Positions 8,848 through 18,412 of a DNA stretch of 64,000 bases are shown in pieces. Made by a program: the position numbers and the translations under genes. A model generated the notes under the pieces. That model was not told the DNA's origin. It saw nothing but the letters and a program-made list of their open reading frames with translations, and did no database searches. The stretch lies in contig JBDRLU010000068.1 in NCBI GenBank assembly GCA_043812795.1, positions 6,208 to 70,207 on the forward strand. Reading direction: 5' to 3'. Source of the DNA: Chloroflexota bacterium (GTDB lineage: Bacteria; Chloroflexota; Dehalococcoidia; Dehalococcoidales; UBA2162). Every line of letters starts with the position of its first letter. The stretch's first letter is position 1.

Positions 8848-10193
8848 AAGTAGCCCACGATAAAACCGAAAACAGCGAGGCCTATCTTACCATCGAAGTC
8901 GAGCCGACCGAGGTCGAAGAGTCCATGGAGAAGACTTACCGTCGCTTGGTGCAAAGAAGGACCATCCCCGGCTTCCGCAAGGGGAAAGCCCCGCGGGCCG
9001 TCTTCGAGCGCTACGTCGGTCGGAAGAACCTGCTCGAAGACGCCATCACCGACCTCGTTCCGGAAGTCTATGAGAAAGCGCTTAAAGAGCAGGGCATCGA
9101 GCCGATTGCCCGGCCCCAGCTTGAGCTGGCCCAGACCGAACCGATGATACTCAAGGCTATCGTCCCGCTCAAACCTACCGTCCAGCTCGGCGATTATAAG
9201 CATATCCAGGTGGAACCGGTGCCTCCAACCGAAGTTACCGAAGACACCATCGATGCGGTTATCGAAGAACTACGTCACCAGCATGCCACTTGGGAACCGG
9301 TGGAACGCCCGGTGGACGCTGGTGACTTGATTGCCTTCGATATCTGGAGCAATGTCGAAGATAAGCCTTTCCTCAACCAGAAGGGTGCCCAGTACCAGGT
9401 CCAGCGCGATTCGTCCTTTCCTGCACCGGGATTCGCCGAACAAATCATCGGCCTGAAAAAGGACGAAGAGAAAGAGTTTAAGCTCAGCCTACCGACCGAC
9501 TATTCCAGAAGCGAAGTAGCCGGAAAAGAAGCCTCGTTTAAAGTAAGGATTAACGAAATCAAGCAGGAGGTTCTGCCGCCACTGAACGATGAGTTCGCCA
9601 CCACGGTTAACCCCGATTTCAAAACTGTAGCCGAGTTGCGGAAGGCCGTGGCCGACGATATGAAAGCCAGAGCCGAAGAAAGAGCCCGTAGCGAATTCGA
9701 GGACAAGGCCATCAAGGCGGCTGTAGCGCTGACCAAGGTTGAATTTCCGCCGGTATTGGTCGATGACGAAATCCACCACCTTCTCGAACAGCGTTTTCAA
9801 AGGGGCAATGACGAACTGGAAACGTATTTACGCACGATTAATAAGACTGAAGAACAGCTTCATGACGAACTGCGTCCGCTAGCCACGGATAGAGTTACCA
9901 ACGCTCTCGTCCTCGGTAAAGTTACCGAGGAGGAGAAAATCGAGGTCAGCGATACGGAGATAGACGGCGAAATCGAAAAGGCTACCAGCCGGGCTACGGA
10001 GAAAAAAGAGGAACTGGGCAAAGTGCTCAATACGCCTCAGGCCCGGCAGTCAATCCGTCAATCGCTGCTTGTTCGTAAAACCATTGAAAAGTTGGTTGAG
10101 ATTGCGCAAAGCAACGCAGTTGAGGAACCCAAGTCAAAGCCAAAGAAAACTAAGACGAAAACAAAAGACACTAAGGAAACAAAGGAGGAATAA
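8844..10193 (+). CDS. tig: Trigger factor
   Basis: 449 aa. The GTG start overlaps the aspS stop. It carries the ribosome-binding motif [15 protein letters not shown] and a Lys-rich C-terminal tail. Confidence 0.9.
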   Translation: MKVAHDKTENSEAYLTIEVEPTEVEESMEKTYRRLVQRRTIPGFRKGKAPRAVFERYVGRKNLLEDAITDLVPEVYEKALKEQGIEPIARPQLELAQTEPMILKAIVPLKPTVQLGDYKHIQVEPVPPTEVTEDTIDAVIEELRHQHATWEPVERPVDAGDLIAFDIWSNVEDKPFLNQKGAQYQVQRDSSFPAPGFAEQIIGLKKDEEKEFKLSLPTDYSRSEVAGKEASFKVRINEIKQEVLPPLNDEFATTVNPDFKTVAELRKAVADDMKARAEERARSEFEDKAIKAAVALTKVEFPPVLVDDEIHHLLEQRFQRGNDELETYLRTINKTEEQLHDELRPLATDRVTNALVLGKVTEEEKIEVSDTEIDGEIEKATSRATEKKEELGKVLNTPQARQSIRQSLLVRKTIEKLVEIAQSNAVEEPKSKPKKTKTKTKDTKETKEE

Positions 10194-10194
10194 A

Positions 10195-10806
10195 ATGGAC
10201 TTACCCAAGAACGTTATACCCATGGTCGTGGAAAGCGGGGCGCGGGGAGAGCGGGCTTTCGATATTTATTCACTGCTCCTCCGGGAGCGAATTATCATGC
10301 TGGGCATGCCCATTAATGACCAGGTGGCTAATGTCATTATCGCCCAGCTACTCTTTCTGGATAGGGAAGACCCGGACAAGGATATTAGCCTCTACATTCA
10401 CTCTCCCGGGGGCATCATTAGCTCCGGCCTGGCCATTTATGATACCATACAGCTTATCCGCCCGGCTGTCTCTACCATCTGCGTCGGATTGGCTGCCAGC
10501 ATGGCCACCGTACTCTTAGCCGCCGGCGCCAAAGGGAAGCGCTATGCTTTGCAGAACTCGACCATCCATCTCCATCAACCGCTTGGCAGTGCTCAGGGGC
10601 AGGCCACCGATATCGAAATTGCCGCTCGAGAGATTCTACGACAGCAGGTAATAATCAATGATATCCTGGTCAAGCACACTGGCCAGCCGCTCGAGAAGAT
10701 AAAACATGATACGGATCGTGATTATTTTCTTAACCCGCAGCAGGCCGTCGAATACGGGCTTGTCGATGAAGTCCTGGCCAAGCCGCCCAAAGAGGTCAAG
10801 AAGTAA
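10195..10806 (+). CDS. clpP: ATP-dependent Clp protease proteolytic subunit
   Basis: I chose the ATG at 10195, preceded by AAGGAGGA and 2 nt after the tig stop, over the long ORF start at 10069. The protein reads [24 protein letters not shown]...GLAASMA...IHQP. Confidence 0.95.
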   Translation: MDLPKNVIPMVVESGARGERAFDIYSLLLRERIIMLGMPINDQVANVIIAQLLFLDREDPDKDISLYIHSPGGIISSGLAIYDTIQLIRPAVSTICVGLAASMATVLLAAGAKGKRYALQNSTIHLHQPLGSAQGQATDIEIAAREILRQQVIINDILVKHTGQPLEKIKHDTDRDYFLNPQQAVEYGLVDEVLAKPPKEVKK

Positions 10807-10850
10807 TCTAAACTTCGGCTTGTCCGGTTCGAAACAGGTGGACGGCTATA

Positions 10851-10889
10851 GTGCCCTTTTCCTTCGCAAGGAAGGGGGCACTTGTTTAT
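10851..10889 (+). terminator. Putative intrinsic terminator after clpP
   Basis: GTGCCCTTTTCCTT-CGC-AAGGAAGGGGGCAC forms a stem of about 14 bp (two G.U pairs) followed by TTGTTTAT. Confidence 0.5.
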
Positions 10890-10951
10890 CAAAAAGGCTT
10901 CCCTTCCCCATTCGACTGGTGTTCGGCCTGTTCTGATGATAAGATGAAGCT

Positions 10952-11707
10952 GTGGCCTGTTATATCGGTACATCAGGCTGGCATTACGACCACTGGCGCG
11001 GCGTCTTCTATCCCGAAGGGTTGCCCAAGGCGAGGTGGCTGGAGTTTTATGCCCGCCACTTCACTACGGTAGAAATCAATAACAGTTTCTACCGTTTGCC
11101 TTCGGAAGCGGCTTTTGCCGGGTGGCGTGATAGTTCACCGGCGGACTTTACCTTTGCCTTAAAGGTAAACCGCTTTATCACTCACATCAAACGCTTGAAG
11201 AATACGGGAGAAGCCATCGCCAAATTTCTTGATAGAGCTAAGATCTTGGGTAAAAAATTAGGCCCGCTGCTGTACCAGCTTCCACCCAACATGCACCGCA
11301 ACGATGAGGTGCTGGCTTCTTTTCTGGCCGCTTTACCGCTGGGATTACAGCATGTCTTTGAGTTCCGGCATCTTTCCTGTCTGGATGAAAGGGTCTTTTC
11401 CCTCTTGCGCCAACATAACGCAGGGTTCTGCGTTTTCGATATGCCGGACATAGTCTGCCCGCTGATGGCGACGGCCGATTTTGCCTATATCAGGTTCCAC
11501 GGCAGTAGCGGGCTTTATTCGAGCCGATATTCCGATGAGGAGTTAGCCGGTTGGGCGGAGAGAATAAGCAGCCTGGTGCGGGACCTAAAAGCAGTCCATC
11601 TCTATTTTAATAATGACGCTGAAGCTTTCGCCGTAAGCAACGCCAGAACGCTTCGTGAATATTTGCTCGGGGGCGGTAAGGTAGCCTCCGGCTCCGAGAT
11701 GATTTAG
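10952..11707 (+). CDS. DUF72 (UPF0759/YecE-like) protein
   Basis: 251 aa. YIGTSGWHYDHWRGVFYPEG...FYARHFTTVEINNSFYRLP is the DUF72 signature. Confidence 0.85.
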   Translation: MACYIGTSGWHYDHWRGVFYPEGLPKARWLEFYARHFTTVEINNSFYRLPSEAAFAGWRDSSPADFTFALKVNRFITHIKRLKNTGEAIAKFLDRAKILGKKLGPLLYQLPPNMHRNDEVLASFLAALPLGLQHVFEFRHLSCLDERVFSLLRQHNAGFCVFDMPDIVCPLMATADFAYIRFHGSSGLYSSRYSDEELAGWAERISSLVRDLKAVHLYFNNDAEAFAVSNARTLREYLLGGGKVASGSEMI

Positions 11708-11787
11708 CTTGACTTGGGTTGACTTCAACTATTGAGTGCTATATCATATTTGGCGGTAACTAATCTTACTTTTACCCTTTATACCAC

Positions 11788-11859
11788 GGGCTCGTAGCTC
11801 AGGGGCAGAGCGGGCGGCTCATAACCGCTTGGTCGTAGGTTCGAAACCTACCGAGCCCA
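11788..11859 (+). tRNA. tRNA-Met (anticodon CAT; could be the lysidine-modified Ile2 type)
   Basis: Hand-folded cloverleaf: acceptor GGGCTCG/CGAGCCC, D arm GCTC-AGGGGCA-GAGC, anticodon loop CTCATAA, T arm GTAGG-TTCGAAA-CCTAC, discriminator A. CCA is not encoded. The G1-C72 pair argues against an initiator. Confidence 0.85.
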
Positions 11860-12009
11860 CTTCCGAAGCTAAATTACCATAAAATACGACTGTTTCTTTC
11901 AAAAAATCGTATTTTCTCCCCGAAGCTACAGAATTATTGTATTTAAGGGAATTACTTTATCTACTTCTGGGTAGCTGGGGAGGCGGCGGTCAAAGTTACT
12001 ATTCGGCAG

Positions 12010-12411
12010 TTAGGATTTCCCCAGAAACAGGTTCGTCTGCAAGTCAAATAAGAATTCCTTTACCGTTCGTATTCTGCCTTGCCCTTCATCATGTGGATAG
12101 ACGTCAATAGGGTGGCCGTGACTCTCTTCATATACAAGCAGTGCAGGAACTTCTCGGCCGAAAAGGCATCCGCTACGTCTCCGGCTTCCAAAGATACGTC
12201 GTATCCCGAATTTCTTGAGTACGGACGGTATAACTGCATCGGAATAGGCCTTCAACGCGTCTGCTTCTGATAATGAATTGATATTAATTATTTCGACGGT
12301 GATGTCCTTCCTATTTAGTATATGCAGCAAATTCTCGACATCTTTGAAGTCTTTATTGCAAGGTATATCTAAGAGTTGGTTTTTGGCACTTTGGTATAGT
12401 CTCAATATCAT
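12010..12411 (-). CDS. Hypothetical protein (133 aa), AT-rich islet
   Basis: A strong RBS (GGAGAGGAGG) lies upstream of the ATG. I recognise no family. Confidence 0.5.
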   Translation of the reverse strand: MILRLYQSAKNQLLDIPCNKDFKDVENLLHILNRKDITVEIININSLSEADALKAYSDAVIPSVLKKFGIRRIFGSRRRSGCLFGREVPALLVYEESHGHPIDVYPHDEGQGRIRTVKEFLFDLQTNLFLGKS

Positions 12412-12934
12412 AATTACTACTACTACCTCCTCTCCCTCCCCAGTCTAACATGGCGATGATTTATTCGTCAATACTATACTTTTCGAGGCTGACTTCACCT
12501 TTCATACCGGGCCAAGGCGTAGAGAGTTACTGGTTTGAGGGTAGGGGATATTGGCATGAAAGAAAGGTGTTAGTCGTACCTCAAAGGAAAGAGCAAGAGG
12601 CAGAATATTACCATTTTTCAAAGACCATGATATGCAGAATCCCGACACACATAACCGGTTAATAGGGAGGGGGATACAACAGCATGTCAACGTTATGTTA
12701 CTTGTCATACTTACGGATCAGTATTAAAGCCAGTAATCGGCTGTATTGTACCTGATACGCAAGCATTTGCGAGATATCTTGCGATATTTCGAGCATTATT
12801 AAGATATAGTGGCGAATGTACAGTAGGGTAACTTGCGTATAACGCCCTCAGCAGTCTTTACTTGCCTTAATCATACTTGCATTATTCGTAGTCCAGGTAG
12901 ATAATAAAGGCAAGTAAAGAGAAGGAGGCAAGAA

Positions 12935-13060
12935 ATGCAAACAGTCATACGAGTATCAGGTAAAGCCAAACAAGTTTTCAAATATGTGGAGCTACTAAAC
13001 CACCATAAAGGTAACTTGACTCTTAAGGACCTGGCGAAGGGTAACAAAACTATTAAATGA
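12935..13060 (+). CDS. Possible 41-aa small protein
   Basis: Below the ORF-track cutoff. GAAGGAGG lies 6 nt upstream of the ATG. Translation: MQTVIRVSGKAKQVFKYVELLNHHKGNLTLKDLAKGNKTIK. Confidence 0.3.
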   Translation: MQTVIRVSGKAKQVFKYVELLNHHKGNLTLKDLAKGNKTIK

Positions 13061-13151
13061 AACTAAGAACATATATCTTGCGTATTTGGTAGATTGACAT
13101 TCCTACCTCTTATTGCTATATTATTGCTAGAATGATAATGAGGGTAAGTTA

Positions 13152-13616
13152 ATGGCAAGGAAAGCCATTGTTGACAGAGACGCAATTTTAAGCATGCTGA
13201 GGGAAGGGGAAACCACCCAGCGCATAGCGGAGAAGTTCAATGTCAGCCGACAGGCAATTGACTTACACCGAAAGGATTTTATTGAAAAAGGTTTCTTGCC
13301 AAACCAACGTGCCGTAAGGACAAAGAAAGCTCCCAAGGAAGCTGCTGTCCCTGAGGAGAAAAATTTAATCTCACCCAGGCAATCTCCACCTTCCACAAAT
13401 ATAGTTTCACTTGATGAACAAATAGACCTCATTATTAATGCTTTCAATGCTTTAAAGCGTTTGCCTCAACTTGAGGAAGAGGTTGAAACATACAAGCAGG
13501 AATATGAGAACGCACTTCACGAAATTGAACGCTTAAAGGAAAATGAAAAGAAACGGCTTGACCAGGAGAGCCGGTGGCTTCTTACCCAGCGTCAAAATGA
13601 TGCCAATCCAGCCTAG
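13152..13616 (+). CDS. HTH-domain protein with C-terminal coiled coil
   Basis: The N-terminus LREGETTQRIAEKFNVSRQAIDLHRKDF resembles a resolvase/sigma-r4-type HTH. The C-terminal half is heptad-rich (LEEEVETYKQEYENALHEIERLKENEKK). Confidence 0.55.
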   Translation: MARKAIVDRDAILSMLREGETTQRIAEKFNVSRQAIDLHRKDFIEKGFLPNQRAVRTKKAPKEAAVPEEKNLISPRQSPPSTNIVSLDEQIDLIINAFNALKRLPQLEEEVETYKQEYENALHEIERLKENEKKRLDQESRWLLTQRQNDANPA

Positions 13617-13719
13617 CAGAATCGGCGTAATTGCCGAATATTAACCCTCGTTGTATACCTCAAACAGAGTTGACGTTGTGGTAGTCGCGCGATGTCCGAT
13701 TTGTACTACTTAACCCGCT

Positions 13720-14433
13720 ATGCTATATTATCTCACGGTGGAGCCCAGAGTTCTGCGTAATATTAAGATAACGGTTAATGAAGGTGAAGTCCTCCGTTAT
13801 CAGGGCTACAGAAAGCAGCAACCAGTAAGCGGTGCTGTCCGTGATGTTCTTAACAGGGAAATCAAGGAAGGCTATCAGCTTATCGCCCCCTCAGCCGTCT
13901 ATAACCAGATTGATGTCAGCCGGATAGGTAATGGAATGATAGAGCTGGTCAACGGTTCGATATTGCATCTAGGCGCCTTCGTCAGTGATTTTAAAGGTGC
14001 GATTTCTGTCAGCATCGCCGTATGTACCATTGGCCCGGCCCTGGAGGAAAGGGTGGCCGAGCTTTTTTCTCAGGAGGAATTTGCCGAGGCATTGATGCTG
14101 GACAGCGTTGGCTCAGTGGCGGCCGATGCCGTTGCCGATGCGGTGAACTATCGTATCTGTCAGCAGGCACGTAAATTAAAAATGCAGGTCGGGACGAGGT
14201 TCAGTCCGGGTTATGGGAAATGGGATGTGAGTGAGCAAAAAGTGCTTTTTCAACTCTGTGACGCTAGTGCTATCGGCGTGAGCCTGAACGAAGCCTACAT
14301 GATGAAGCCCAAGAAATCGGTATCTTTCTGTGTTGGCATTGGCCAGCAATCGGTAGGAAGCCACGGCGTGAATCGTTGCCGTCGGTGTAATATGGAGAAA
14401 TGCCGATATCGAAACGAGGAGGGAAATGAGTAA
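13720..14433 (+). CDS. Stand-alone methionine-synthase activation (AdoMet-binding/reactivation) domain protein
   Basis: 237 aa. SPGYGKWDVSEQKVLFQLCDASAIGVSLNEAYMMKPKKSVSFCVGIG matches the MetH activation-domain core. There is an extra CRRCNMEKC tail. Confidence 0.7.
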   Translation: MLYYLTVEPRVLRNIKITVNEGEVLRYQGYRKQQPVSGAVRDVLNREIKEGYQLIAPSAVYNQIDVSRIGNGMIELVNGSILHLGAFVSDFKGAISVSIAVCTIGPALEERVAELFSQEEFAEALMLDSVGSVAADAVADAVNYRICQQARKLKMQVGTRFSPGYGKWDVSEQKVLFQLCDASAIGVSLNEAYMMKPKKSVSFCVGIGQQSVGSHGVNRCRRCNMEKCRYRNEEGNE

Positions 14434-15064
14434 ATTAGAAGAAATTGCCCAAAATGTCATTGAGGGACAAAGAGACAAAGTGGCCGAGTCAGTCCGGGCA
14501 GCTTTGACGGAAGGTGTGGAGGCCAACGAGATATTGAACGGGGGACTGATTGCCGGCATGACTAAAGTGGGGGAGCTGTTCCGGGAGGACGAGATGTTCG
14601 TCCCGGAAGTACTCATGGCGGCGAAAGCCATGCGCGCCGGTACGGAAGTGCTTGAACCACATCTTCTGGGTAAAGGTGCCAAGACTTTGGGGAAAGTGGT
14701 CCTGGGTACGGTGAAAGGGGACATTCACGAAATCGGGAAAAACCTGGTTGCCATCATGCTCCGTGGCGCCGGCTTTGAAGTCGTTGATATCGGTGTTGAG
14801 GCACCGGCCGAGAAATTCGTGACTGCAGCCAAGAGCGAAGGAGCTCAAGTGGTGGGTATGTCATCCCTCCTTACCAGTAGTATGCCGGCCCTGAAAACTA
14901 CCATTGAGGCGTTCAAAGCCGCTGGCTTGCGTGATAGCGTAAAAATTATCGTCGGCGGGGCCGTAGTCACCCAGAAATACGCCGATGAGATTGGTGCCGA
15001 CGGGTATGCTCCGGACGCGGGCGCGGCTATCGATAAAGTTAAAACCATGGTCGGAATAAAATAG
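14426..15064 (+). CDS. Corrinoid (cobalamin)-binding protein, MetH B12 cap + Rossmann domains
   Basis: 212 aa with the DxHxxG motif GDIHEIGKN, MSSLLTSS and IIVGGA. It overlaps the upstream gene by 8 nt. Confidence 0.85.
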   Translation: MSKLEEIAQNVIEGQRDKVAESVRAALTEGVEANEILNGGLIAGMTKVGELFREDEMFVPEVLMAAKAMRAGTEVLEPHLLGKGAKTLGKVVLGTVKGDIHEIGKNLVAIMLRGAGFEVVDIGVEAPAEKFVTAAKSEGAQVVGMSSLLTSSMPALKTTIEAFKAAGLRDSVKIIVGGAVVTQKYADEIGADGYAPDAGAAIDKVKTMVGIK

Positions 15065-15074
15065 GAGGACGCAA

Positions 15075-15959
15075 ATGGGAGCTAACGTACTGGAAAGGTT
15101 AAAAACTGGTGTCCTGGTTAGATGCGGTCCGATACACACAATGCTGGCCCAATACGGACGTGACCTGGCAGAAAGTCAGAGTTTATGGAGTCTTGAGCAT
15201 CCCGATGTATTTCAAAACGTAGTGAAGCAGTATGTGGATGTTGGTTGTGACATCATCAGTGGCAATTATGGTGACGTCAACCGGCTGCGAATGAAGCGGC
15301 TCGGTCTGGAAAATAAGGTTTTTGAATACACTGTCAAGCTGACTAAACTTACCACTGCCGTCGTCCCGTCGGACCGGCTGGTCGAAGCCGCTCTCGGGCC
15401 TATTGGTGGTTACCTCGAGCCGGCCGGAGATATCACCGTCGATGAACTCTACGAGACCTGGAGTGAAGTACTGAGAGCATTGCTGGAGGCGGGTAGAGTT
15501 GACATAATTAGAGTCTCCATGTCGGAAATAGACCAGGTGGCTATCGGCATAAAAATAGTCAGAGAGCAGTGCAATCTGCCCGTTGTTTGTCCCGGTTCCT
15601 TTACACCAACAAAGAAAGGTATCCGGACACAGACCGGCCTCGACCCGAAAGCAGTCGCCCAGAAGCTGACGGAACTGGGGGCGGATATCATCGGCACGCA
15701 GTGCGGCGTTATTTCACCCAAGGAGAATACCACCGTCCTGCAGGAAATGCACCAGGTTTCCGATAAGCCTCTTTTCGTGGTACCTAACGCCGGTAAGCCG
15801 GAACTTGTGGATGGCAAATCAGTCTGGCCGTTAACTCCGGAGGAGATGGCTGAGGAGACACCCAAGTGGGTTGCCGCGGGTGCCAAGATTATCGGCGGTT
15901 GCTGCGGCGTAACACCTCAGCACATGGCCCGGGTCCGTGCTCTTATCGATAAAGCTTAG
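15075..15959 (+). CDS. Homocysteine S-methyltransferase domain protein (MetH Hcy-binding module)
   Basis: 294 aa with Zn-ligand contexts GTQCG and IIGGCCGVTPQHMARV. Confidence 0.8.
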   Translation: MGANVLERLKTGVLVRCGPIHTMLAQYGRDLAESQSLWSLEHPDVFQNVVKQYVDVGCDIISGNYGDVNRLRMKRLGLENKVFEYTVKLTKLTTAVVPSDRLVEAALGPIGGYLEPAGDITVDELYETWSEVLRALLEAGRVDIIRVSMSEIDQVAIGIKIVREQCNLPVVCPGSFTPTKKGIRTQTGLDPKAVAQKLTELGADIIGTQCGVISPKENTTVLQEMHQVSDKPLFVVPNAGKPELVDGKSVWPLTPEEMAEETPKWVAAGAKIIGGCCGVTPQHMARVRALIDKA

Positions 15960-15968
15960 GGACGGCGC

Positions 15969-16766
15969 ATGATAATTATTGGCGAGCGCATTAATTCGAG
16001 CCGGCAGAAGGTGGCTGAGGCTATCAACCAGCAGGATGCTACCTTTATTCAAAATGAGGCCCGCATGCAGGCAGAAACCGGGGCTGACTACCTTGATGTC
16101 AATGCCGGAGTTTTCGGCGAGGATGAAGCAAAATATTTGGAGTGGTTAATCAGGGTTGTGCAGGAGGCCAGCGATAAGCCGCTGTGTATCGATTCGAGTA
16201 ACCCCTCCGTCTTCGCTGCCGCTCTCAAGTTGTGCCAAGGAAGAGCTTTTCTCAACTCGGTCATGGCCCGTAAAGAAGACATTGACGCCGTTATCCCTTT
16301 GTTGAAGGAGTACCCCTGTAATATCGTCGCCATGTGTCTCGAAGGCCCAGAAGCAGAATTCGAGGGGACGAGCCGCCTTGCCATTGCTGACCGCATCATC
16401 GGTATGTTCACGGGACACGGTATTGAGCTCGATAGAGTGTACCTCGACCCGGTGATTAAGCCTGTAGCGACCGACTCTAATGCGGGGATAATCGCCCTTA
16501 ATACTATCCAGCAGGTTATCGAGAAGTACCCGCAGGTCCACACTGTCTGCGGGGTGAGCAATATCTCCTTCGGGCTTCCGCAACGGAAGCTGATAAACGG
16601 TGTCTTTGCGGCGATGGCCATCGAAAGGGGCTTGGATGCTCTTCTCGTTGACCCGTGCGACCAGAAACTGATGACTGACGTCTTTGCGGCTAACCTGCTC
16701 TCAGGCAAGGACGAATCTTGCCTAGGCTATATCAAAGCTTACCGGGGGGGGAAACTGGCCGGCTAA
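15969..16766 (+). CDS. Pterin-binding methyltetrahydrofolate:corrinoid methyltransferase domain protein
   Basis: 265 aa. IIGERINSSR...GADYLDVNAG...LCIDSSN...NSV...GVSNISFGLP is typical of the MetH pterin module and AcsE/MeTr. Confidence 0.8.
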   Translation: MIIIGERINSSRQKVAEAINQQDATFIQNEARMQAETGADYLDVNAGVFGEDEAKYLEWLIRVVQEASDKPLCIDSSNPSVFAAALKLCQGRAFLNSVMARKEDIDAVIPLLKEYPCNIVAMCLEGPEAEFEGTSRLAIADRIIGMFTGHGIELDRVYLDPVIKPVATDSNAGIIALNTIQQVIEKYPQVHTVCGVSNISFGLPQRKLINGVFAAMAIERGLDALLVDPCDQKLMTDVFAANLLSGKDESCLGYIKAYRGGKLAG

Positions 16767-16848
16767 TGGTACTGCCTGCGTACTTCTATTTAGCGCAGGG
16801 TATTGGACATAAGTACTTTAGCTTACGGGTGCCTTTTTAAACTAAGTA

Positions 16849-16877
16849 TTTAAAGTGGCCGAATTCAGTATTATAAT
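16849..16877 (+). promoter_or_regulatory. Possible promoter of the cytochrome operon
   Basis: TTTAAA-17 nt-TATAAT lies about 80 nt upstream of the ATG at 16955. Confidence 0.3.
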
Positions 16878-16954
16878 GGAAGCCGTGAGTTGAGCTGGAT
16901 GGTATCATAGTGATGGGTGAGGAAGGGAAGGCGGAGGTTACGAAGGAGGCTCAG

Positions 16955-17245
16955 ATGCAAAAATATTACGGCGGAGAACCAGTGGACAGAGGGACTTACC
17001 TAGGACTGAAGACTGCCGAGTTCGTCCAGGCTCACGTTAACGGTACCATTCTCCCGGGAGGGAGAGAAGTCAAGTTCCTGAGAGTGCCCGCCGCCCTTCT
17101 TTTCCTGGGCGGTCCGCTTATTGCCCTGGCCTATATCATCTTCCTGCCGGCCACCGGCATCGGCGGTCTGTTCGTCCTCGCTGCTGTCAAGGTGAAAAAC
17201 CTGGTCGGCGTCGGCAAGCGGGCTGTGCAGCACACGCAGGAATGA
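16955..17245 (+). CDS. Small membrane protein (96 aa) leading the cytochrome operon
   Basis: I chose the internal ATG preceded by GAAGGAGG over the long ORF start at 16910. One long hydrophobic stretch is present (LLFLGGPLIALAYIIFLPATGIGGLFVLAAV). Confidence 0.45.
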   Translation: MQKYYGGEPVDRGTYLGLKTAEFVQAHVNGTILPGGREVKFLRVPAALLFLGGPLIALAYIIFLPATGIGGLFVLAAVKVKNLVGVGKRAVQHTQE

Positions 17246-17300
17246 AATATATCATGAAGATAAGGAGCGAGAACGGGTTGGTCAGGAATAGAAAAGAGCG

Positions 17301-18392
17301 ATGACTATCCGAAAGTTCATTACCCCCTTGGTTATAATGGCGGTAATAGTCCTGGCCATCCTGTGGCTCTCCAGCCAGCCGATTAAGGCCACTCCGCTTG
17401 ACGCTCCCGAAATACCCCACGGTATTGCCGGCTACGAAGACTGCGTGGCTTGCCACAATACCAATAATATCGAAGCTACCGAGGTACCCCACGCCGGCCT
17501 ACCGGCAAGCTCCTGTACCACCTGCCATCAAGCCGCAGCCCAGACCACGACAACAACGGCGACGACGAACGGTGCTGATTGTACTATCTGCCACGGTGAT
17601 ACGGGTTTACACATGATACTAGCCGATGGTGCCACGCTATCCCTTTATGTTGCCGAGGCGGACTTCAGCAACTCGGTACACGGTAAAGTACTACAATGTC
17701 AGTCATGCCATGCCGGCTATGCCGAGAAGCACCCGGAAAATACGGCAAAGAGCCTGGCCGAATATAAACTCTCTCAGGAAGGTGTCTGTGCCCAATGCCA
17801 TGGCACCGTTGCCGGTACCTATATGACCAGCGTCCACGGGCAGTCGCGGCAAGCCGGCAACTATCAGGACTTGCCGGGCTGTGTTGAATGCCACGGGGCA
17901 CATGCCGTCCAGCCGGCCGCGACGGCCAGTTTCCGTGCTGAGTCCATCGCTTTGTGTAGCAGCTGCCACGCTGACAAAGAACTGATGTCACGTTACGGGG
18001 TTTCGACCGACGTTGTCAGCACCTACCTCTCCGATTTTCACGGGCGTACCAGCCTCTTGCAGGTAAAACAGGGGGAGCCGGCGGAGATAAAGGAAGCCGT
18101 CTGTACCGATTGTCATGGCGTCCATGACATAATGAAGCCAGATGCGGCCAACTCCTCCGTGATGAAGGAGAACCTTTTAGCTACCTGCCAGAAGTGTCAC
18201 CCCGATGCGACGGCGAACTTTCCCACCGCCTGGATGTCCCATTATCAGCCGACCGTGACCAAGACGCCCCTGGTCATCATCGCCCGCGGGTTTTACTGGG
18301 TAATGATACCGTTTACCATCTTTGGCCTCATGGTGCATATCGGGTTCGACGTCTGGCGGAGAACGAAAAACAGGCGAAATGGACATAATTAA
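17301..18392 (+). CDS. Nine-heme c-type cytochrome, membrane-anchored at both ends
   Basis: Nine CxxCH motifs counted: CVACH, CTTCH, CTICH, CQSCH, CAQCH, CVECH, CSSCH, CTDCH, CQKCH. It has an N-terminal signal/anchor helix and a C-terminal TM helix (LVIIARGFYWVMIPFTIFGLMVHIGF). Confidence 0.85.
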   Translation: MTIRKFITPLVIMAVIVLAILWLSSQPIKATPLDAPEIPHGIAGYEDCVACHNTNNIEATEVPHAGLPASSCTTCHQAAAQTTTTTATTNGADCTICHGDTGLHMILADGATLSLYVAEADFSNSVHGKVLQCQSCHAGYAEKHPENTAKSLAEYKLSQEGVCAQCHGTVAGTYMTSVHGQSRQAGNYQDLPGCVECHGAHAVQPAATASFRAESIALCSSCHADKELMSRYGVSTDVVSTYLSDFHGRTSLLQVKQGEPAEIKEAVCTDCHGVHDIMKPDAANSSVMKENLLATCQKCHPDATANFPTAWMSHYQPTVTKTPLVIIARGFYWVMIPFTIFGLMVHIGFDVWRRTKNRRNGHN

Positions 18393-18412
18393 GTTAGCCG
18401 GGAGTTACGAAG

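Noticed and set aside
10069-10194. Long N-terminal extensions in the ORF track for clpP (10069), porA (47173), xerC (60807), pepP (61786), korB (27067), thiolase (49011), crotonases (43988, 50813) and the small membrane protein (16910).
   Set aside because: The extensions overlap the upstream gene or lack an RBS. Internal starts have good Shine-Dalgarno sequences or stop/start coupling, and they match the usual family N-termini.
12450-12708. 70-aa (plus) and 68-aa (minus) ORFs in the non-coding part of the tRNA-Met islet.
   Set aside because: They have no RBS, low-complexity or odd composition, and they overlap each other. I treat the region as non-coding or of unknown function.
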